Shown here: positions 49,728 through 64,000 of the stretch, in pieces | Numbering within the stretch: the stretch's first letter is position 1 | Layout: every line of letters starts with the position of its first letter | Made by a program: the position numbers and the translations under genes | Notes under the pieces: generated by a model | The model's database searches: none | The model's input: the letters and a program-made list of their open reading frames with translations, nothing else | What the model was told of the DNA's origin: nothing | Assembly (NCBI RefSeq): GCF_006345805.1 | Contig: NC_043007.1 | Span: 33,170,001 to 33,234,000 of the forward strand | Length of the DNA stretch: 64,000 bases | From: Octopus sinensis | Lineage: Eukaryota | Reading direction: 5' to 3'

Positions 49728-50023
49728 AAAAGGAAATGAAGAAAATGCTGACAAAATAATTTAAGTAATTTAAGTAATTTAATTAGGCGAAAGTTCTTTT
49801 TACCGGTTGCGCATTTGTTATGCTTATCAAAAGATGTTTTTTTAAGAGAGATAGAGTTACTTTCTGATAGAGGAAAAAATCTATAAGAAAGTAACTCTAT
49901 CTCTCTTAAAAAAACATCTTTTGATAAGCATAACAAATGCGCAACCGGTAAAAAGAACTTTCGCCTAATTAAATTACTTAAATTACTTAGATTATTTTGT
50001 CAGCATTTTCTTCATTTCCTTTT
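49728..50023. mobile_element. Near-perfect ~296-bp palindrome in (TA)n with a hammerhead-like motif in each arm
   Basis: Arms 49728-49865 and 49886-50023 almost identical; 49917-49956 reads UCUU UUGAUAA GCAU-AACAA-AUGC GCAA CCGG UA AAAAGA. Confidence 0.88.
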
Positions 50024-50855
50024 TTATATATCACAACTCGTGTTCCACATCTCCTTTTTTAAATATATATATATATTATATACATATGTGTGTCTATGCA
50101 TGCGTTGTAAAGGAATAACATGCAAAAGTGAAAAAGTAACCAATATATCTTCCTGCTTCTTTTTTATATATATTTTTTTTTATTCTATCACCTTTTCAAA
50201 AGTATTTTTTATTTATATAATCAATTAATTAATTAATTAATTAATTTTTTAGTCATAAATTAGATGTTGATTGTGATTTCACAATTTTTTTTGGAATCCA
50301 CTCCTTACAATGACACAGCATTGCCAAAGTTTATTTACAATAGGAAAGAAAATTTATTATAAACAAATTAATTATGTTAATGATATAACTGCAATAATTT
50401 TAGCATTGATTTCATACAGAGGCACAAAGCCAAATTGAATAATGATAATAATATTAATAATACTAGTAATAATAATAATAATGATAATAATAACAATAAT
50501 AAATGTAATAATAAAGATAATAGTTTTCATCTGGAAATGAAAAATAAATATCTATTTTACATCGTACTAGAGCAATGTATTTATTGCAGAGTTGTTTTAG
50601 AATCAATTTTACATATATATATAAATATATTAATTATGTTTATACATGTAGTGTTTGTGTATGTGTGTGTGTAAAAATATATTTGCATATATGTGAATGA
50701 TATATACATATCTGTATATGTATGAATAGCTCTCTCTGTGTGTGTGTGTGTGTGTGTGTGCATATATATAAATATTTATATATATATGTATATGTATATG
50801 CATACATATAAATGTATGTATGAAGATATATATCTATATTTTTAGCATATATATA

Positions 50856-50895
<40 letters not shown>

Positions 50896-51276
50896 CTTCA
50901 TATGTAAACAAAAATATAAGTTTGTGTTTTGAAGCATTGAAATGTATAGTGGCACAATACAAAGATATATTTTTCAATGAGTAAATGCTGATAGAACAGC
51001 ACATATAGGTTCAACCCTTATAGAGCAGAAACATCTGTCAGCAACTAGCCCATTGTAAATATATTTTTCTAGTTGTGATATATATATATACACATACATA
51101 CATACATAGAAGCATACATATATTATATATAGTATATATATAATAGTATATATATATATATATATATATATATCTATAATATATATATATATATCGTATA
51201 TACATATATATCTATATATATACATACATATAACATATATTTATACATATACATATATATAATATATATACATATA

Positions 51277-51318
<42 letters not shown>

Positions 51319-51347
51319 TATATATATATCCTTATAGGTATATATGC

Positions 51348-51402
<55 letters not shown>

Positions 51403-51949
51403 ATATATATAGATACATATACATTATATTATGCATATATACCTATATATGTACACACACATATATACATATATAATACATATATATATATACATTTATA
51501 CATACACACATTCATATGTAAATATATATACACTTATATATACACACATTCATATATATATATATGTATACATAGATATATACATCTATATGTACATACA
51601 TATGTGTGTGTATGTATGCTCAGTGTGTTTGTATATGTGTGTGTGTGGTTTGTGTGTGTGTGTGTGTGTAGACACACACATATATGTAGATGGCAGAAAC
51701 AGGTTCCTGTAGATTCAGTCATTTATCATATATAATAATATTTACAGATTTGTTTGCATATAAAAATGCGCGTATATATATATATATATATACATAGATA
51801 CTGATATACATGCATAATATATACACGCATACATATATACATATATACATACATATATATGCATATGAACACATATATATACACACATTCATATATACAT
51901 GTACATATACATATATATATACATATACATACATATATATATTTGTACA

Positions 51950-51995
<46 letters not shown>

Positions 51996-52001
51996 ATATA
52001 T

Positions 52002-52032
<31 letters not shown>

Positions 52033-52260
52033 TACGTGCATACGTATTTATTCTTTTAACACACGTCTGATGAGATGATCACATTCTTTAAAATTTACTA
52101 TCAATTGCAATGGAATATCTTTATCTTTAAACCATTTTAGAATAAAATTTTTATACTTTTAGCCTCAATACAAATAAGCAAGAAGAGATGTTTTTTTATG
52201 TTTTTTTTTGTTTTGGCTTGATTTTACCGTTCCATAAATATTGAAAATTAAAATAATAAT

Positions 52261-52302
<42 letters not shown>

Positions 52303-52677
52303 TGTAATAGCATTTGTAACAATAAAAATGTTATTAATAAGGATCTTATTATAATATCATGATGATGATGATAATGATAATAATCATAATAATAACAATA
52401 TAATCATCTTAATAATAACAATATTAACAACATCAACAACAACAGCAATAACAACAACTGGAATAATAATCCTTTGTGCTATAGGCACAAGGCTTGGAAT
52501 TGTGGGAAGGAGGTCATCTGATGACATTGACCCCAGTGCTGATGTTTATTTCACTGGCCGCAAAAGGATGGTGGGCAAAGTTGACCTTGGCAGTATTTGA
52601 ACTCAGAACTTAAAGATCCGGAAGAAATGCTGCTAAGTATTTTGTCCAATCTCACCATCTTAGTAATAATAATGATC

Positions 52678-52729
<52 letters not shown>

Positions 52730-52734
52730 TGATG

Positions 52735-52790
<56 letters not shown>

Positions 52791-52791
52791 T

Positions 52792-53348
52792 AATGCCCTA
52801 ATGCAGTACGAGGCAGTGGCTCTCGTGGCTTCTGATCTTAATCGATTGGAAGTATTATGATATATATTGTTTTGTCTTGGTATAATAGATGGGCTACAGC
52901 AAATATTGTGCTCAGTACCACAGATTTGCTTGTCAGTTGTTTGACTTTAACCAGTTGAGCATGTCCCTTAGTGGCTGACGATATGTGCATCTCTGACCAA
53001 GAGCAGAAGTAGTGGGGAGCATCATAGCCATGTGTTGAGAGGGATTCTTTGGGGTTTGGATAATTCACCTTTGGAAACATGGGTGGTTCGTTCAACATCC
53101 TTAAACAACCCTTATTCAGGGACCTTTTGAGCACGATGGGTTACTCAACCTGAAGAAAATTCTTACTGGGCCCCACCTGCAAGGTCATGCGCTGTTTATC
53201 TTGATATGAAATCACCATGTCGCGCATATATGGTTTATGATGCATGTGCCTGATGTACCCTTATCAGACGGGTAGTCATGATGGGTAAACTGCACTTCAC
53301 ATGTTTTACCCCAGTGTCACTTTGATGGCATGCACTGCTCTCTCACTC
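52792..53348 (+). mobile_element. (AAT)n-embedded element E, copy 4
   Basis: Same 5' and 3' ends as copy 3; (AAT)n on both sides. Confidence 0.92.
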
Positions 53349-53355
53349 AATGATG

Positions 53356-53397
<42 letters not shown>

Positions 53398-53399
53398 TA

Positions 53400-53625
53400 A
53401 TCTTTTCTACTATAGGCACAAGGCCTGGAATTTGTGGGGAGGGGTAGAGTCAATCACATCGACCTCAGTACTTGACTGGTAGTACTTAATTTATTGACCC
53501 CCCCCCACCAAAAGGATGAAAGGTAAAGTCAACCTAGGTGGAATTTGAACTCAGATCATAAAGATGGACGAAATGCCACTAAGCATTTTGTCCAGAATGT
53601 TAATAATTCTGCCAGCTTGTCACCT
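53400..53625 (-). mobile_element. SINE family A-related, older subfamily
   Basis: aaaggatgaaaggtaaagtcaacc...gaatttgaactcag; a similar copy lies at 52470-52640. Confidence 0.75.
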
Positions 53626-54659
53626 TAACAATAGCAACAACAACAACAACAATAATAATAATAATTATAATGATAATAATGCTTTCTTTTATTAGCCCAA
53701 GAGCACAAGACATTCAGGACAATACAAAGGACAGTAATAATAACAATTATAATAATTATGGTAATAACAGCTAACGATAATAACAACAATGGCAATAATG
53801 ATAATAATAACAATAAGAATAATAATCTTTTTTCTATAATAATAATTGATAAAATTAACAATGATGGTAATAATATCAATAATAATAAATACTTATGATT
53901 ATAATAATAATAATAATGATAACAATAATACTTATAATTTGCTAATTAATTTAATTGATAATACATTGATAATACTAATTATAAATATATATTTCAGTTT
54001 CAATTTAAAAGACAAAAGGGAGGGAATATAATTAAATAAATCTATATAAAAATGAAAATAGTTTAAAAAAATTTAATTAAAAATAATACATTAAAATTAA
54101 CAAGGTTTTGGATATTGCCACCTCAGTAGTCTGATTGCAACATATGTTAGTGTGCACCAAAATGTGCAAAGCCTGCCTCATGGCAATGCATTGTTAATAT
54201 AAGAGTTCAAGCTGTGTTGTTGACCCCTAATGGGGAATGGGGATGGCTTGTCTTGTTTAAGGTATTCTTTGCGGATCTTTTGCGTTTTTTTGTATGCCTG
54301 GTACCATACAAATTGTACTTGCATACATGGAAAATTACATGTTTCATAATAAACATGTGCATATATACACATATATAAAATATGCATTCACGTGTTTAAA
54401 TTGTATGTGCACTGCTGTTCACATACAATCATACACAGGAATACATATAGACTTTTAAAAAAATGTGGATTCATAGACAGAAATAATGAGTACAAACATT
54501 AAATGCACAATTATACATCCACTCGTTTAAATATACATGGTATACCGCTGTGTGTGTATATATATATATATATAAATAAATATCTGTATGAAGTATATGT
54601 ATATATGTGTATGCGTTTATACACACACTCACACACACACACACACATACACACACACA

Positions 54660-54713
<54 letters not shown>

Positions 54714-55035
54714 CATATATTGTTTAAAACACCTTGATTTAGCTTCCCTGCTACCTCAAGTTTCACAGGACCCTAACAGAGCCCGACTCTTACAGGCTTC
54801 TGGAGTTACCAAATCTATACATGTATATATATATATATATATATTAGATATATATATATATATATACATACACACACACACACCAAACATACACACACAT
54901 AAATATATGTGTGTATATATATATATATTTATACATACACAGACACCAACACATACACACACATAAATATATGTGTATATATATATATATATTTATATAC
55001 ATACACAGACACCAACACAGACACACACATAAATA

Positions 55036-55091
<56 letters not shown>

Positions 55092-55598
55092 CAAACTCAT
55101 ATATATATAACACACACATATGTACATACACAAACTCACACACACTCACACACGCACACACACACACTCATATATGAATAAAACATATATGATTAAAACA
55201 CAACAGAATTTGGTTTGAATGGAAAATATTCATAAGGACAGTGAGCTGTTTTGACTTCAGAGTAATATGGTTGTTGTTTTAACACTGTCTATCTAACATG
55301 TACCGGTGTCCCTTGCTGGCTTAAATACATAGAAATACACGACAGAAAAAAATCACTACAATTGAGTATTTTTCCTGTTTTATATTTGATCAATAGACTC
55401 AGTTTGTATTTTTACAGAAAATAATGGTATACTGAAATTTGGAATGTATAATTTTTTGTTAGATTGGATGTCTATCTTATATAAGACGGGTGTGTTATTA
55501 TAATTATCTGGCTTACAGATGGTGTTACTAATATAATATGAACATCCCTGGGTTACATTATCAGAAGTGAACTTTCATTAATGTAACACCACTTTTAA

Positions 55599-55892
55599 CC
55601 CTTTTGGTTCCAACCCACCTAAAACCACCTCTGGGTCTGTAGTTCAAAATGTCTTGATTTCAAAAGTTCTGAATTAAAATCTTCCACCAAACCGTAGTCG
55701 CAATTTATTTTTCTAACACTAGCTTAATGATAACTGAGCTATCTTACTAAATTCTTTGTTAGAATTGATATTAAAATAATTATTTTGCTAAATTCTTTGT
55801 TAAAATTAATATTAAAATCAATATTAAAATAATATTTAAAATTAATTGAAAGAAATACAAAGCATCTCAACAGAATCATGGTAACAAAAGGG
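55599..55892. mobile_element. piggyBac-type MITE
   Basis: TTAA on both sides; cccttttggttcc / ggtaacaaaaggg termini. Confidence 0.85.
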
Positions 55893-56185
55893 TTAATACC
55901 TTCAAAATGCAAACTCATTTAGTTATTGTTGCGATAGATACATTTTTATGTTTAAGAGGTTCTATATATAGAAATGTGGTGGCGCAATGGCCCAGTGTTT
56001 AGGGGAGTGGACGCGTGGTCAGAGGATCACGGTTTCAATTCCCAGACACAGAATATTATGTCACCATGATTTTAGACGGAATTTGGTAAATTTTAGGATC
56101 TGTATATTTTGGGTTTTAGGATCTACGAGAACATTATTATTATCTTTATTATCAACAGTGTCAACATAATCATCATCATCATCAA

Positions 56186-56223
<38 letters not shown>

Positions 56224-56539
56224 ACATCATCAGGGCAGAAAGTTGGTAGAATTGTTAGAGAGTCAATGGATGCTTTGACACATTTGTTCACAAGCTGTAC
56301 ATTCCGGGTTCAAATCATGCTGTGACCAGCTTTTCTATTTTATCCATGCAAGATTGATAAAAAGAAAATGTACCAGTCAATAACTGTGGCTAATGATATT
56401 CACTAACACACACTCCCCCGCAAATGTGTTGGCCTTGTGTATATTAGAAACTATTAAGGAAAATGAGAGTAGAAACGGAAAAGCTCTCTCGCTCCTAATG
56501 AATTTGTTATGTATGTATGTATTTAAGTATTTATGTATG

Positions 56540-56573
<34 letters not shown>

Positions 56574-56951
56574 TGTATGTATGTATGTATGTATGTATGT
56601 ATGTATGTATGTATGTATGTATGTATGTATGTATGTATGAGTATGTATGTAGTGTGTGTGATGTATGTATGTATGTATGTAGGTATGTGTGTGTATGTAT
56701 GTATGTATGTATGTATGTATGTATTTATGTATAACTTTTACAAGAGTTGGTGACAGTTTAATAAACATTTATTCTACTAAAGCATTCTGTAATTCTTCAG
56801 TTTAATGTTGGATTGCATTTTATATAGAACTTGACACAAACATATATATCAGTGTGTGTGTGTGGATGCATATATGGTCATACAAATATTATATATGTAT
56901 AATATATATATATAATATATATATATATATTATATTAATATATTATATATG

Positions 56952-56988
<37 letters not shown>

Positions 56989-57080
56989 ATCCAAACATGA
57001 ATGCACAAAAAAAACAACAAGGTGAGGATGTGGAGCAAATATAGTATTATTGGACGCTCAGGAAAGAAGGAAAGAAGGAG

Positions 57081-57115
57081 GTTTAACGTTTCGAGCGGAG
57101 CTCTTCTTCGGAAAC
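57081..57115 (-). ncRNA. Minimal hammerhead-like motif (U4C, extra A)
   Basis: GUUU CCGAAGA A GAGC-UCC-GCUC GAAA CG UU AAAC within a ~195-bp insert (56985-57180) in (TA)n. Confidence 0.55.
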
Positions 57116-57181
57116 ATAGGAGAAGAAAAGATCCGAGAAGGGAGAACAGAGTAAAAAATCACCAACGGTACACACGCGATA

Positions 57182-57204
<23 letters not shown>

Positions 57205-57213
<9 letters not shown>

Positions 57214-57447
57214 GTTTGGGGTGATGTACAGATATCATATATTAGAAGAAATAAGGTACTCAGAAAATTGGATGGTTTTACATCTACAGATTTTTATTAA
57301 TATATCACACGTTTTTATAAATCATATATTAGCACTTGCGTCCACATAGCGCTAATAGATGATTTATTAAAAACATGTGACATATTAATAAATATCTGTA
57401 AATATAAAACTATCCATATTTCTGAGTACCTTATTTCTTCTAATATA
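57205..57447. mobile_element. (TA)n-embedded inverted repeat insert
   Basis: Arms ~57237-57333 and ~57347-57447 (attagaagaaataaggtactcagaaa / tttctgagtaccttatttcttctaat). Confidence 0.85.
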
Positions 57448-58254
57448 TATACATACATATATATTTATATATTATATATATATATTATATATATATATAT
57501 ATATAAAGAAGAAAGCAGACAGATGAGTGAGAGACATACAGATAAAAAGACATAGGTAGATAGATAGATAGACAGACAGACATACTCACAGACAGAAAGA
57601 CTTACTGAGAGACAGGCAGGTAAATAGATTGATATTCTGAGATCTCAGTCAACCAGATCTTCACAATAGATTTTGCTTTATTGTCATAGACTCACACCAA
57701 CATTAAATGCTCAGATATTATTCTTAAAAATACTTTAAAGTAATAACATTATTATAACATTTACAAACATAAAATAAAAAATACAGATGTACACCTGCAC
57801 ACACACATACACACACACACACACACACATATATTTAAAGCTGATAATATCAGTAACATATATATATATAACTATACTGTATGTATTCCTTACAAATATG
57901 GTGTCGTTACTTGTATTGCATTGTGTCTGTTCGGTATATTAACTGTTATTATGGACATTGTCCAGGCATTACAGCTGTCATCCATTATTGCAGAATACAG
58001 AGGTTGAACACCAGTCTTGAGAATAAATCTCAATGACAACCGTAGCAACAACAACAACAACACCAACAAAACTGATGGCTAATCAAATGAATATTATTTG
58101 AATATAAATAAGATGAAGCAGCCAACGTTGTTTCAATAGACATGTACAAAGGATGAGTAGATGAGGGTAAGTGTAACAAGATGAAACCCCTGTTTCCCAA
58201 AAGGAAACTCTGAATGGACCATAACAGAAGCATCATAGTCATCATCATTGTTTT

Positions 58255-58440
58255 GGATACAGGGGAGGATTGGCAACAGGAAGCGAATCAAGTCGTGGGC
58301 ATCCAGCTGTAGAAACACTGCCAGATCAGACTGGAGCCTGGTGTAGCCTGCTGCCTCTTGGCTTCCCAGACCCCAGTCGAACCGTCCAACCCATGCCAGC
58401 ATGGAAAACGGGCGTTAAACGATGATGCTGATGATGATGA
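58255..58440 (+). mobile_element. SINE family F with (GAT)n tail
   Basis: gggcatccagctgtagaaac...ccgtccaacccatgccagcatggaaa...gatgatg. Confidence 0.8.
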
Positions 58441-59065
58441 TTACACTATTGTCATCACCGTCACACTGTTGTCATCACCACCACCCCTGCTGTTGCTCTA
58501 ATCATCATTGTCATCATCATTGTCATCATCATCATTGTCATCATTATCATTGTCATCATCATCAGCATCATCCTCTTCATCATCCTTCTCATCGTTGCTG
58601 TCATTGTCATCATCATCATCCTTATTGTTGCTGTCATCATCATCACCGATGTTGTCATCATATATGTATACGTATGTATGTTTGGTTGTATGTATGTATG
58701 TATGATTGCATGTAAAACCTAATGATCAGTCAGGAATCGCGTTTGTCTTAATGAATGAAAAGATCAAAGGTGCAAATTGAAACTACAAAATCAATCAGGT
58801 AGGAAACATGTCAGAATAAAATATGGAGTCAAACCTACAAGAACAAATGAGGAATTAGACACATAGGAGTGAATCAGGAATCAACAGAGATCAAACTTGC
58901 ACGGATGAATCATAGTTTCAACCTTCAAGTATTGACTAATGTATATGAATGCATCACAAATCACAAACACACACACACACACATGCACACACATGCACAC
59001 ACATGCACACACATGCACACACATGTGTGTGTGTATGTATATATATATTATATATATATATGTAA

Positions 59066-59300
59066 TGTAGGAGTGGCTGTGTGGTAAGTAGCTTGCTTAT
59101 GAACCACATGGTTCCAGGTTCAGTCCTACTGTGTGGCACCTTGGACAAATGTCTTCTACTATAGCCTCGGGTCAACCAAAGCCCGTCGTATATATGTATA
59201 TATGTGTGTGTATATGTTTGTGTGTCTGTGCTTGTCCCCCAACATCGCTTGACAACCGATGCTGGTTTGTTTACGGTTCAGCAAAAGAGACCAATAGATA
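59066..59300 (+). mobile_element. SINE family B, internally deleted
   Basis: Head plus partial tail. Confidence 0.85.
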
Positions 59301-60309
59301 GCAAATAAAATAATTTGGAAGGTGAAGTTCTCATCAGCGGATACAGCAAAACACTAACATATAAATTGAAAAATATGTCTATTGACTTTGTATTCATACT
59401 AGGCCACAGGTAGAAAAAATTTTCATAATTTTTCCTACCCTATATTAATTTATATATATGTATGTATATATTCATATATATATATACATATATACATATA
59501 TATACATATATATTTATGTATGTATATGTAAATATATAGAGATATGTATATGTATGTATATATATGCATATATGTGTTTGTATATATATGTATATATATA
59601 TATCAAATATTTTTGTATGTATATAGATTAATATATATATATATATATATAAGTATATATTATATATAATATTTATGTATATATAAAGCATATATTTATG
59701 TATAATATATATAATAATATGTATATAATATATATATATAATATGTATATATATATATATATATGATTATATTCATATATATGTAATATATATATATCAT
59801 ATATGTATGTACGTATGTATGTATGTATGTATATATATATATAATATTTATATATATATATATTATTATATATATACACACCCACACCCAACATGCACAT
59901 ATGTATAGAGAGCGAGAGAGGGATATAGACACAGTCAGATATAGATACGCATGTACTTACATACACATCGGCACATATGCATACACACATATGTACCTAC
60001 GCAATCATACATCCATCCATCCATACATACATAACCATACACTAATGTAGACCAGTATTGGCTTCAACCACATATTTTCCCTGCTTTTTATGAAAGGTAT
60101 ATATGGTAAAAAAAATCAATGGTAGGAGAGTCATTGAGTCTACAAGTAACATAAGAAGCAATAATAGAATCTAAGAAGAAAAAGAAGAGGAAGAAGAAGA
60201 AGAAGACGCTAAAAATCGATACAGATAAGACATATTAAGAGAGGATTTATAAATAAATATATATACACTTATATACATAGATGTAAATATGAATATGAAT
60301 ATATATATA

Positions 60310-60341
<32 letters not shown>

Positions 60342-60347
60342 CATATA

Positions 60348-60378
<31 letters not shown>

Positions 60379-60603
60379 GTATACATATATATATACACAT
60401 CTGTGTTTGTGCAGATGTGTATATATGTACAAACATATACATATAGATTTTTGTAATGTATATATATACACATAATTATATATATATATTATATATATAT
60501 ATAATATGTATATATGTATATATGTATATATATATAATATTATATATATATATTATAGAGAGAGAGAGAGAGAGAGAGAGATGATAGAGATAGAGAGATA
60601 CAG

Positions 60604-60660
<57 letters not shown>

Positions 60661-60999
60661 CTTTGTTCTTTTATTTGTTTCAATCATTTGAATGGGGCCA
60701 TGCTGGAGCACTGTCTTTAGTCAACTAAACCGAACTCAGATCTTATTGTTTGTAATCTTAGTACTTATTCTATTAGTTTCTTTTGCCAAACTGCTATGTT
60801 ACAGGTACATAAAGATACCAGCATTGGTGGGGTTTCAAACAAAGACACACACATATATATATATACACATATATATATAAGATATAAATATTTAGAAATG
60901 AATGCGTGGCATTCAATCATATAATAATATAAATAATTAAAAAATACATATGTATATATACATATATGTAGATACATACATTTATATGTATATATATAC

Positions 61000-61260
61000 A
61001 GGCCGTTTGCCAGCTCTGTCTGGCCCCCGTGCCGGTGACACGTAAAAGCACCATCCGTTCGTGGCCGTTTGCCAGCTCTGTCTGGCACCTGTGCGGGTGC
61101 ACGTAAAAAGCACCCACTACACTCACAGAGTGGTTGGCGTTAGGAAGGGCATCCAGCTGTAGAAACATTGCCAGCTCAGACTGGGCCTGACGAAGCCTTC
61201 CAGCTTCACAGACCCCAGTTGAACCGTCCAACCTATGCTAGCATGGAAAGCGGACACTAA

Positions 61261-61290
<30 letters not shown>
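61000..61290 (+). mobile_element. SINE family F with (GAT)n tail and ~62-bp internal tandem repeat
   Basis: ggccgtttgccagctctgtctggc twice; ggttggcgttaggaagggcatccagc. Confidence 0.85.
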
Positions 61291-61291
<1 letters not shown>

Positions 61292-61472
61292 GCATATATG
61301 CTTACAGGACATCACAAAATGTAAACATGAGATACGAAAACAACATGAAATACAAAGACAAACTTGGGTATGCAAACAATGAGAGAAACGAATGGAAAAC
61401 AAGACAAGTAAAATAAAGAATGACCCTTCATCAGTTGTCGGCTGTCCATCTACTCCTCATCTACTTTAGAGC

Positions 61473-61626
61473 AAGCTTCTTTCAGTTTTCATCTACCAAA
61501 TCCACTCACAAGTTGCTGGTTGACCTGAGGCTATAGTAGAAGACACTTGCCCAAGGTGGCATGCGGTGGACTGAACCTGGAATCGTGTGGTTGGGAAATA
61601 AGCTTCTTACCACACAGTCATGCCTG
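61473..61626 (-). mobile_element. SINE family B head half, diverged
   Basis: gcttctttcagtttt...agaagacacttgcccaagg...cttaccacacag. Confidence 0.8.
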
Positions 61627-61749
61627 TTACTTCTGTCAGGAATTGGACTGTAATTATGCTACAGCATACATATTTATATATGTGTATATATGAGCATATA
61701 CTTATGTGTATTCATATATGCATATATGTACAAACATATATATTTATAT

Positions 61750-61791
<42 letters not shown>

Positions 61792-61815
61792 AAACATAAA
61801 TGTGTATACCACACA

Positions 61816-61861
<46 letters not shown>

Positions 61862-62178
61862 AGATATACTGTATATAGGTAAGACATATTCGAAGAAGTC
61901 TGTGGGAAAACAAAGCAGCTTTCTTGGAAGTAATCTTTTATGTTTTGTTTAATGGTTTTTTTATCTAATGGTTTTATTTTTTGCTGCTTTTTTTCTAGAG
62001 AATTTTTCTATTTTTTTTTCCTTTTTTTTGTGAAATGTCCCATATATTACTGTATCATTACATGAACTATTTTCGCTCTGTGGGTGACAAAGTGTTTGTT
62101 ACTGTCCCCCACCTCTCCCTTTCTCTCTCTCATTTTATATATACCTATTGATTTATAGGTATGTGTTTTTGTTTCTGT

Positions 62179-62211
<33 letters not shown>

Positions 62212-62906
62212 TATATATACAATATATACATATATACAAATACATATAATCATATATATGTATATTCCTTTCATTTTCTTACTTCTGTCAGGAACTGGAC
62301 TGTTATTATCCTATGGCATACATTCACTTATTATATGCATTTTCTGATAGATGTATATATATCTATGTGCATAAATATAAATTCATATATACATGTATGT
62401 ATATATACATATAAATATATATATATATATATATATTATATGTATATTATATATGTCATTATTCAGTTATTTTTTCAAGATTTCTTGCCAATAGAGAAAG
62501 AACATCATCAACAGGGTATTTTTGTTTGTTTGTATGTATTTATGCGCAGTTTTGTATGTTCTATGTATGTATTCTCATGCATATAGTTGCATTGTATGTT
62601 GTATATATGTATGTCTGTATTGTATTATTTAAAACAGTTTGAACTGGATCCATATGATTTAAAGTTTCATAATACATGTAACTCCTAATAAGCGCTTTGA
62701 GTGCCCCTTTCTTTCATTTGTCCACTCATTTGTAATTATATTATATATATATACACGCTCACATATATATAGCTACATACATGTATGTATGTATGTATGT
62801 ATGTATGTATCTATCTATCTATCTATATATATATATAATATATATATATGCATATATGTATATATATGTGAGTGATTGGACATGTGTGTGAGTGTTTGTG
62901 TGTTTT

Positions 62907-62937
<31 letters not shown>

Positions 62938-63405
62938 TGTCATCATTGCTATCTGTGTGGGGAGCTTTCTTGTTCTACGAAGTTGCTCAACCCACTTCGA
63001 TTACTTTTATTTTGCCTACTTCTAACATGGTTTTCAAGTAACTTTCAGAGTCTCAGACAGGTGATCCTTCAGTATTGGTCTCCAGTATGTCAGTATGAGG
63101 ACATGATGTCATTCACACCCTTTCATAGCCCAGGGATTGTTGTATTGATGAATGACCTTAGGTTTATTTTAATCATTAGATGACATTCTCTGCACAGAAC
63201 GATTGAGGACTGTAGATGGTTTATTCACTGACGGTGACTTGTTTTCTATTTTTTAGTGATCCTTGGTTTTTCCTGTCCTTCTCAAAGAATTCACAGCCTA
63301 CATAAGTGAGATTCCTGCCTTTTTTGTCTCTCCTTTGCAATAGTTTCAATCTTCTTTGGTTTTTGGTTGTTGTAAATCTGAGGTTTCAACTCACAATGTC
63401 TTTAA

Positions 63406-63625
63406 CCCTTTCATTACCAACCCGGCTGAAACCGGCTCTGGCTCTGAATACAAATGTCTTGTTTTCATAAGTTCTGAATTAAAATTTTCCACCAAACCTT
63501 AGTCACAATTTATGTTCCTAACACTAGCTTAACGATAACTAGGTTATTTTACTAAATTCTTTGTTATATTTAAAGTAATTGAAAGAAACACAGAGCATCT
63601 CAAAATAAATACAGTAACGAAAGGG
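63406..63625. mobile_element. piggyBac-type MITE
   Basis: TTAA 63402-63405 and 63626-63629; ccctttcattac / gtaacgaaaggg. Confidence 0.88.
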
Positions 63626-63629
63626 TTAA

Positions 63630-64000
63630 ACCTCAGTTGTGATCTTCTGTGATACCATTTAACATTTTCACCAATACAGATTAAAAGACAGTCTTTAGGA
63701 TTTATTCATTGTCCATCCTTTGAGCATGATTGATACAGCATAACGCTTGGCCAATTTTCATTATTTTGATACTTGTCACTTCTATCTGTTCAAGGACAAA
63801 GACGTGGGTCTTCTTTTGCTTCCAGTTAATATCTAAAAGTAAGCAAAGACTTACTTGTTGGAACCGTTTAAACTATTTGGTGACATGTTGATAAATCCAT
63901 GTTTCTTTGGCCTGAAGAAGTGTACCAATAATAACTATTGCTTGATCATGGACAGCTTGGTGACAGTTTTAAGTCCATAGTTCTTGAAGAGTCTTTGATA
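63630..64000 (-). mobile_element. RTE (BovB-like) LINE, decayed RT C-terminal region, runs off the window end
   Basis: QRLFKNYGLKTVTKLSM...GTLLQAKETW...KRFQQVSL..LLDINWKQ...FVLEQ...HAQRMD, matching the RTE TK...LLYG.ETW...W..HV.RM pattern. Confidence 0.65.

Noticed and set aside
61300-61465. CTGATGA on the minus strand in a repeat related to 27045-27150 (also isolated CTGATGA at ~52047 and ~59331)
   Set aside because: No downstream stem II plus GAAA could be placed

Overview
AT-rich, microsatellite-saturated animal DNA, intergenic or intronic. The repeat families look like those of an Octopus (cephalopod) genome; this is inferred from recognition, not from a search. No intact host protein-coding gene can be supported, and almost all listed ORFs are translations of microsatellites or SINEs. 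Identifiable content: dozens of tRNA-derived SINE copies (several families), a decayed 3 kb CR1-clade LINE, a decayed mariner, RTE, Tx1/L1 and R4/Dong fragments, two non-autonomous Helitrons, three TTAA-flanked piggyBac-type MITEs, and two Penelope-like (PLE) ORF relics. The most striking signal is about ten type I hammerhead ribozyme motifs from sequence-unrelated families. Most sit in short (TA)n-embedded inserts, often as long inverted repeats. They show C3-G8, U3-A8 and A3-U8 covariation of the catalytic core and (near-)palindromic minimal stem III. One insert (6333-6995) reads as a circularly permuted ~360-nt monomer, suggesting a retrozyme/circular-RNA-type system mobilised by PLEs. Also notable: an (AAT)n-targeted 557-bp non-autonomous element next to an R4/Dong endonuclease relic, SINE dimers with one TSD, and a symmetric NRF1-ETS-ETS-NRF1 promoter-like cassette at ~47.4 kb. 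All structure calls were made by eye; some diverged boundaries are approximate.
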